Positions 60,259-64,000 of a stretch of 64,000 nt of DNA are shown piece by piece. How positions within the stretch are numbered: the stretch's first letter is position 1; every line of letters begins with the position of its first letter. The position numbers were made by a program, and so were the translations under genes. The notes below the pieces were generated by a model. That model worked only from the letters and a program-made list of their open reading frames with translations. It was not told where the DNA came from and did no database searches. Source of the DNA: Flectonema sp. DT1601 (Eukaryota); assembly GCA_964019425.1 (NCBI GenBank), contig OZ025787.1, forward strand, positions 930,001 to 994,000. Direction: 5' to 3'.

Positions 60259-61044
60259 AGGAGGTGCATACTGTCCTTTCCCGAAGCCTGTCCTTTCGCT
60301 CTGCCCGGTTGGGTACGGTGCGTACCCACCCTGCATGTGCTGCTTCCCCCGCTTTCCTCCCTTGTCCCCTTTACTGCCACCTCTGTCTCCCTTGCCACCT
60401 TCGTCTCCTTTTCCTTTGCTTCGTTTTCCTTTCTTCCCACCCTTTCCCTCCGGTGGTAGGACCGGCATCTGAAACTTGACTCGAATCTCCCCTGCAGCTA
60501 TTATATTCTGGATAGCTTCTTGAGGAGAGAGAACAATCTTCCCATCCACTTGTAGTAAGATCATTCCTCTGATAACACCAGCAGTAGCAGCATGACCATC
60601 AGGGATAAGGTTAATAACTGACATATCACTACCTAAGGTAAGGCCAGGGTTAGCACCTGCTGACTTCTTTATTGTTGTTTCGTATGGCCCAACTGCTACT
60701 GGTTTGTTACTCTTGTCAGGTGATGAATTTAATTTCTTTGCCGTGACTGAAAATTCTAATCCTCCCGATGACATTGCTTGTCCCATTTCTTTTAGTGTTT
60801 CGTATGTCTTTCCGTTGACTGCGACTATTTTCATTTCAGTTGTAAGACCTGCTCTTGCTGTGGGAGAACCTTCAGCAATACTCTTGATAGTGAAGTCTTT
60901 TTGTAATATCTGTTTTTTTTATTTTTATATTTGTATTCTTTCTTCTGCAGAATAATTCTTACTACAGCACAAACATAGTTTACATACCATTCCTAGCTTC
61001 TCATCTTCTGCCCTTTTCACTGTCAATATAATATCGGGTCCCAT
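59422..61044 (-). CDS. Two-PDZ-like-domain protein with KG-rich, Q/H-rich and Pro-rich low-complexity regions (4 exons, ~463 aa)
   Basis: Exons 61044-60988, 60909-59911, 59846-59754, 59664-59422 (all phase 0, GTATGT..ACAG introns). PDZ-like KLGM..I.SIAEGSP.ARAGL..MKIVAVNGK and PGLTL..LIPDGHAATAGV..GMILLQVDGK. The last acceptor choice is less certain. Confidence 0.8.
59688..59728. repeat. 14-bp tandem repeat (ttctacatcaagtg x3) inside intron 3 of the PDZ gene
   Basis: Directly visible in the sequence. Confidence 0.9.
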
Positions 61045-61407
61045 TATTTATGATGTGAGGGGACCCTATAAAACTAAATTGATCGAATTCAATACATCAC
61101 TACCCTCCTTTGAGTAAACCTGAATGAAAAGGGAACTGACTCACACAAGCAAATCAACACCAGCGTGAGGTATAAATAGACGTCACAGCCGACTTCAAGT
61201 TCAAAGTATCAATACAGAGCAATCCATTTCATGTTTCCTGAAGAAATAATAATCACACCACTCGGTAATTAGTAAGATTATTTGTGTGGTTGGAATCCAA
61301 CCAGAAGCTGTGACCCTTGAAAAGGATGCACATAATCACACCTTATCAAATGGAATCACATTATTAATTATTAAGAAGTACATTACTGAGTCAGATTGTT
61401 AACATGA

Positions 61408-63996
61408 CTATACCTTCTTACATTCTCCGCTTTCATTTATTTTTAGTAAAATTATGTCGGTTTCAATGTGTGGATCTGACAGCACTAGAGATTGCCCTGA
61501 AAGTGATTCAACGAGTCCCAGAGACCATCTTCCAAGTGACGCAGGTAAGAATCTGTCTTCACATAAAGTTCGAATACCAGTAACCCAAACAGAGAGGTTG
61601 TTACAAAACACTGACAGAGGCTGTTGAGTACACAAGTGATTAGATACTTTTGTGGATGCCGTAGTGAGAACAGTCGTACGATGATCTGTGACATCAGAAT
61701 CCGCTGTTACAGCAGTTGAAAATATTTCATTTCGGCAATCTAAACGAAGTTGAACAGAAATACCAGCACATCTGATAACTGGAACTGTAACTTCATTGAG
61801 GAGTAAGAACTTTCTAGCAGTTGATAATCTGGAAGACAATAGTTTCCCAACTTTACGAGAATCGGTAACAGATCTAGACACAGCTAGTGAGAGAGCGCAA
61901 GTCATTAAAATATCTAAACTACCAAGATTAGCAACAAACCATCCCTCAACAGAAGAACCAATGCCAAGCTTTCGAATCTGTGCTGCTGTTAAACGAGATT
62001 CAGTATCGGGTGTCGCTGATGTATAAAACATAGAAACAATACACTTAGCAGCATGTTCATCATCACTTGTTGTGGTTACCACCCAATACACACCTTCTGA
62101 AGGTACGGCAGTTACTAAGACATGACCAGATGTTATCCCAGGGGTGTGTTGTAATAATTCTTCTTCTGAATTTTGAAGTACAGCTGGACCATCTCCAAGC
62201 CCACCAGATAAAATCAAATCAAGGATAGTTGTCTCATAGATCGCTTGCAATCCACAAACAGAAAGAACTCTCCAAGCCATTATCCAAGCATGAGATAGAC
62301 AGATACTTGCCGCGGATATCGGTGTCGAAGTTTTATTAGAAAACGGATGAGGTAATATTAAATATCGGTGAGGTCTTTTTTCTCCAATAAAAGCACTCAC
62401 AACCGCGGCTACTGCTAAACCAGCAGCAAATGCAAAATCACAACCGACCACACCCTCTGAGGATGGTAAAACACCTCCTAAAGGAGGACTTCTGATTAGC
62501 GCAGCTTGCAGTGTCGCAGGATTTATTTTTAAGACAATACGAATTTCATGCAATGGCATCTCCACATGAATTATTCCATTATGAATAAAACAATGAGGAA
62601 TACACAAATCAGACTTAACTCCCTTCGTAGGCAACAAATTCAGTACAACACTAAAAGTGCATTGCACGGCATGCTCAATAACAACAGCAGAGTTGCCTAT
62701 TGTGGTCAAGGGACCAAGAGGACCACCATTAGGCAGAAGATAATTTACCGTGATTGGTGTTCCTGTATCATTTATATAAATACTTACAGGTGCTACAAAA
62801 CAACCGTGAGAGACATTTGCCTTGAGTGTGTTATCTCGTAACTCTGAAGGAATGCCCAGATAGGTTAAGTTATTGTGAATTTCTAGAAGCCGAAATTGCT
62901 TTGCTTCTCGACAACAATCTATAACAAAATCATTTATATTGATAGGTTCTGGTAGACATTTATTAACTGTTGATCGGTCTGTATCGTTTCTCAGTATTAA
63001 AACGTTTCCAGGGATTTGACCTGCGTGTAAGTCAACAGTAAAAACACCCCATATGACTATACGAACAATACCAGTACTGGAATCAACACTGGCAGTACAC
63101 CATTGGTGTAGTCGTGCAATTGCTAAGGCAACACCGTGAAACTCTTCGAGAAACATTCCAACACATACTTTCTCTAACATCACTAGTGATTCTTGTAGTT
63201 CACCACGTAGAAGTTTCGTCGCACATATTTCTTTAATTTTAGTATCAGTTGCTTCATCCAGTTTGTAATGGAGTGAATCACTTCCCGGATCTTTTTTAAA
63301 TAAAAAAATGCAATCCCAGGACAACAAAGACCATGTGGGAATAGAATTCGCCTCTGACAAGTGAAACATATTCGCGGGAGAGCCAAGAATTATTGTTGCT
63401 GAGAGAACGTCGCTTTTAAAGATTAGTTTTGGAGTACCTATACCGCTTATTGAAAATAGCTTTCCAGATATACTACGAATCTCTTCACATTGTTTAAGAT
63501 GAACCATTGTTCTGAGGGAGAGAAATTCACGAGCAGTTGTTGTGTCAGATCTTAATTTTATTTTTCTAATTTTTGATCGTTCTTCAATTGTATTACACTT
63601 CTCCACAGCATTGATTATCGTTATTGGTGTTCTCGGAGGTCCGAATGAGTTCGATACAAGCTTTACATGACGAGCATACATCTCATCTGCCACAACCCTA
63701 AAAGCGCTATCATGAACTTGTTTCTTTTGAAGCTCTTCTACTGCTGTGTTAAAGTCACTTCCATTTTCTCTTATTCCTTTAAGAAGTTTTGCGATCCGTT
63801 GCATTCTTCCTTTTATTCGAACAGCGTATTCGACGATAATACGTCTGCCTTCATTCTTCTTGTCTACAATATTCATTGATATAAGCATCTTTGATACGTC
63901 TTGTAGTTCTTTGTGACTCGTTTCTAATACACTCCAAAGAAGTTTACTAACAGAGACTATAAGAACATCACCTTGCTGGGATACTACGTGGTCCAT
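61408..63996 (-). CDS. Large protein with a divergent Mediator MED14-like N-terminal domain (862 aa; 5' end at the window edge)
   Basis: Long intact ORF. The N-terminus (LL..VLE.SHKEL..V..ML..KK.EGRR.IVEYA..IK..M.RI..LLK; F..VAD.M......LV....P) parallels the MED14 N-terminal pattern by eye. Confidence 0.55.
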   Translation of the reverse strand: MDHVVSQQGDVLIVSVSKLLWSVLETSHKELQDVSKMLISMNIVDKKNEGRRIIVEYAVRIKGRMQRIAKLLKGIRENGSDFNTAVEELQKKQVHDSAFRVVADEMYARHVKLVSNSFGPPRTPITIINAVEKCNTIEERSKIRKIKLRSDTTTAREFLSLRTMVHLKQCEEIRSISGKLFSISGIGTPKLIFKSDVLSATIILGSPANMFHLSEANSIPTWSLLSWDCIFLFKKDPGSDSLHYKLDEATDTKIKEICATKLLRGELQESLVMLEKVCVGMFLEEFHGVALAIARLHQWCTASVDSSTGIVRIVIWGVFTVDLHAGQIPGNVLILRNDTDRSTVNKCLPEPININDFVIDCCREAKQFRLLEIHNNLTYLGIPSELRDNTLKANVSHGCFVAPVSIYINDTGTPITVNYLLPNGGPLGPLTTIGNSAVVIEHAVQCTFSVVLNLLPTKGVKSDLCIPHCFIHNGIIHVEMPLHEIRIVLKINPATLQAALIRSPPLGGVLPSSEGVVGCDFAFAAGLAVAAVVSAFIGEKRPHRYLILPHPFSNKTSTPISAASICLSHAWIMAWRVLSVCGLQAIYETTILDLILSGGLGDGPAVLQNSEEELLQHTPGITSGHVLVTAVPSEGVYWVVTTTSDDEHAAKCIVSMFYTSATPDTESRLTAAQIRKLGIGSSVEGWFVANLGSLDILMTCALSLAVSRSVTDSRKVGKLLSSRLSTARKFLLLNEVTVPVIRCAGISVQLRLDCRNEIFSTAVTADSDVTDHRTTVLTTASTKVSNHLCTQQPLSVFCNNLSVWVTGIRTLCEDRFLPASLGRWSLGLVESLSGQSLVLSDPHIETDIILLKINESGECKKV

Positions 63997-64000
63997 ATTG

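Noticed and set aside
43300..61190. TGACGT (CRE-like) hexamers upstream of several genes (~43307, 48088, 58927, 61179)
   Set aside because: The hexamer also occurs in gene-free regions and at variable distance and orientation; enrichment cannot be shown by eye.

Overview
Eukaryotic nuclear DNA with AT-rich, homopolymer-rich intergenic regions. It holds 16 credible protein genes, all on the minus strand: two MAPKs, a TBL/PC-esterase-like protein, a FYVE-(F-box-like)-kinase, a Na+/H+ exchanger, an LRR-IPT-EGF receptor, a coiled-coil protein, a class I PDE, a beta-helix protein, a GRDP-like repeat protein, DRC2/CCDC65, a low-complexity protein, an LsrG-like protein, a nucleotide-sugar transporter, a PDZ protein and a MED14-like protein. 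I reconstructed 12 short GT-AG introns by hand. One-strand gene order, pyrimidine-tract/AG sites just upstream of many ATGs and the presence of introns suggest an intron-bearing euglenozoan such as a diplonemid (inference only). The most striking locus is 44510-47728: a His-motif GRDP-like domain fused to about 113 copies of CPP(K/R)EVAA that vary almost only at synonymous sites, an architecture resembling a self-modifying enzyme-plus-precursor (RiPP-like) gene. Other notable items are three unrelated TIR elements in a 13-kb gene desert (one with a 6-bp TSD and a tRNA-like B-box), a bacterial-type LsrG with an intron and a PTS1 signal, and cis-introns lacking polypyrimidine tracts. No database searches were run; product calls rest on motifs recognised by eye.
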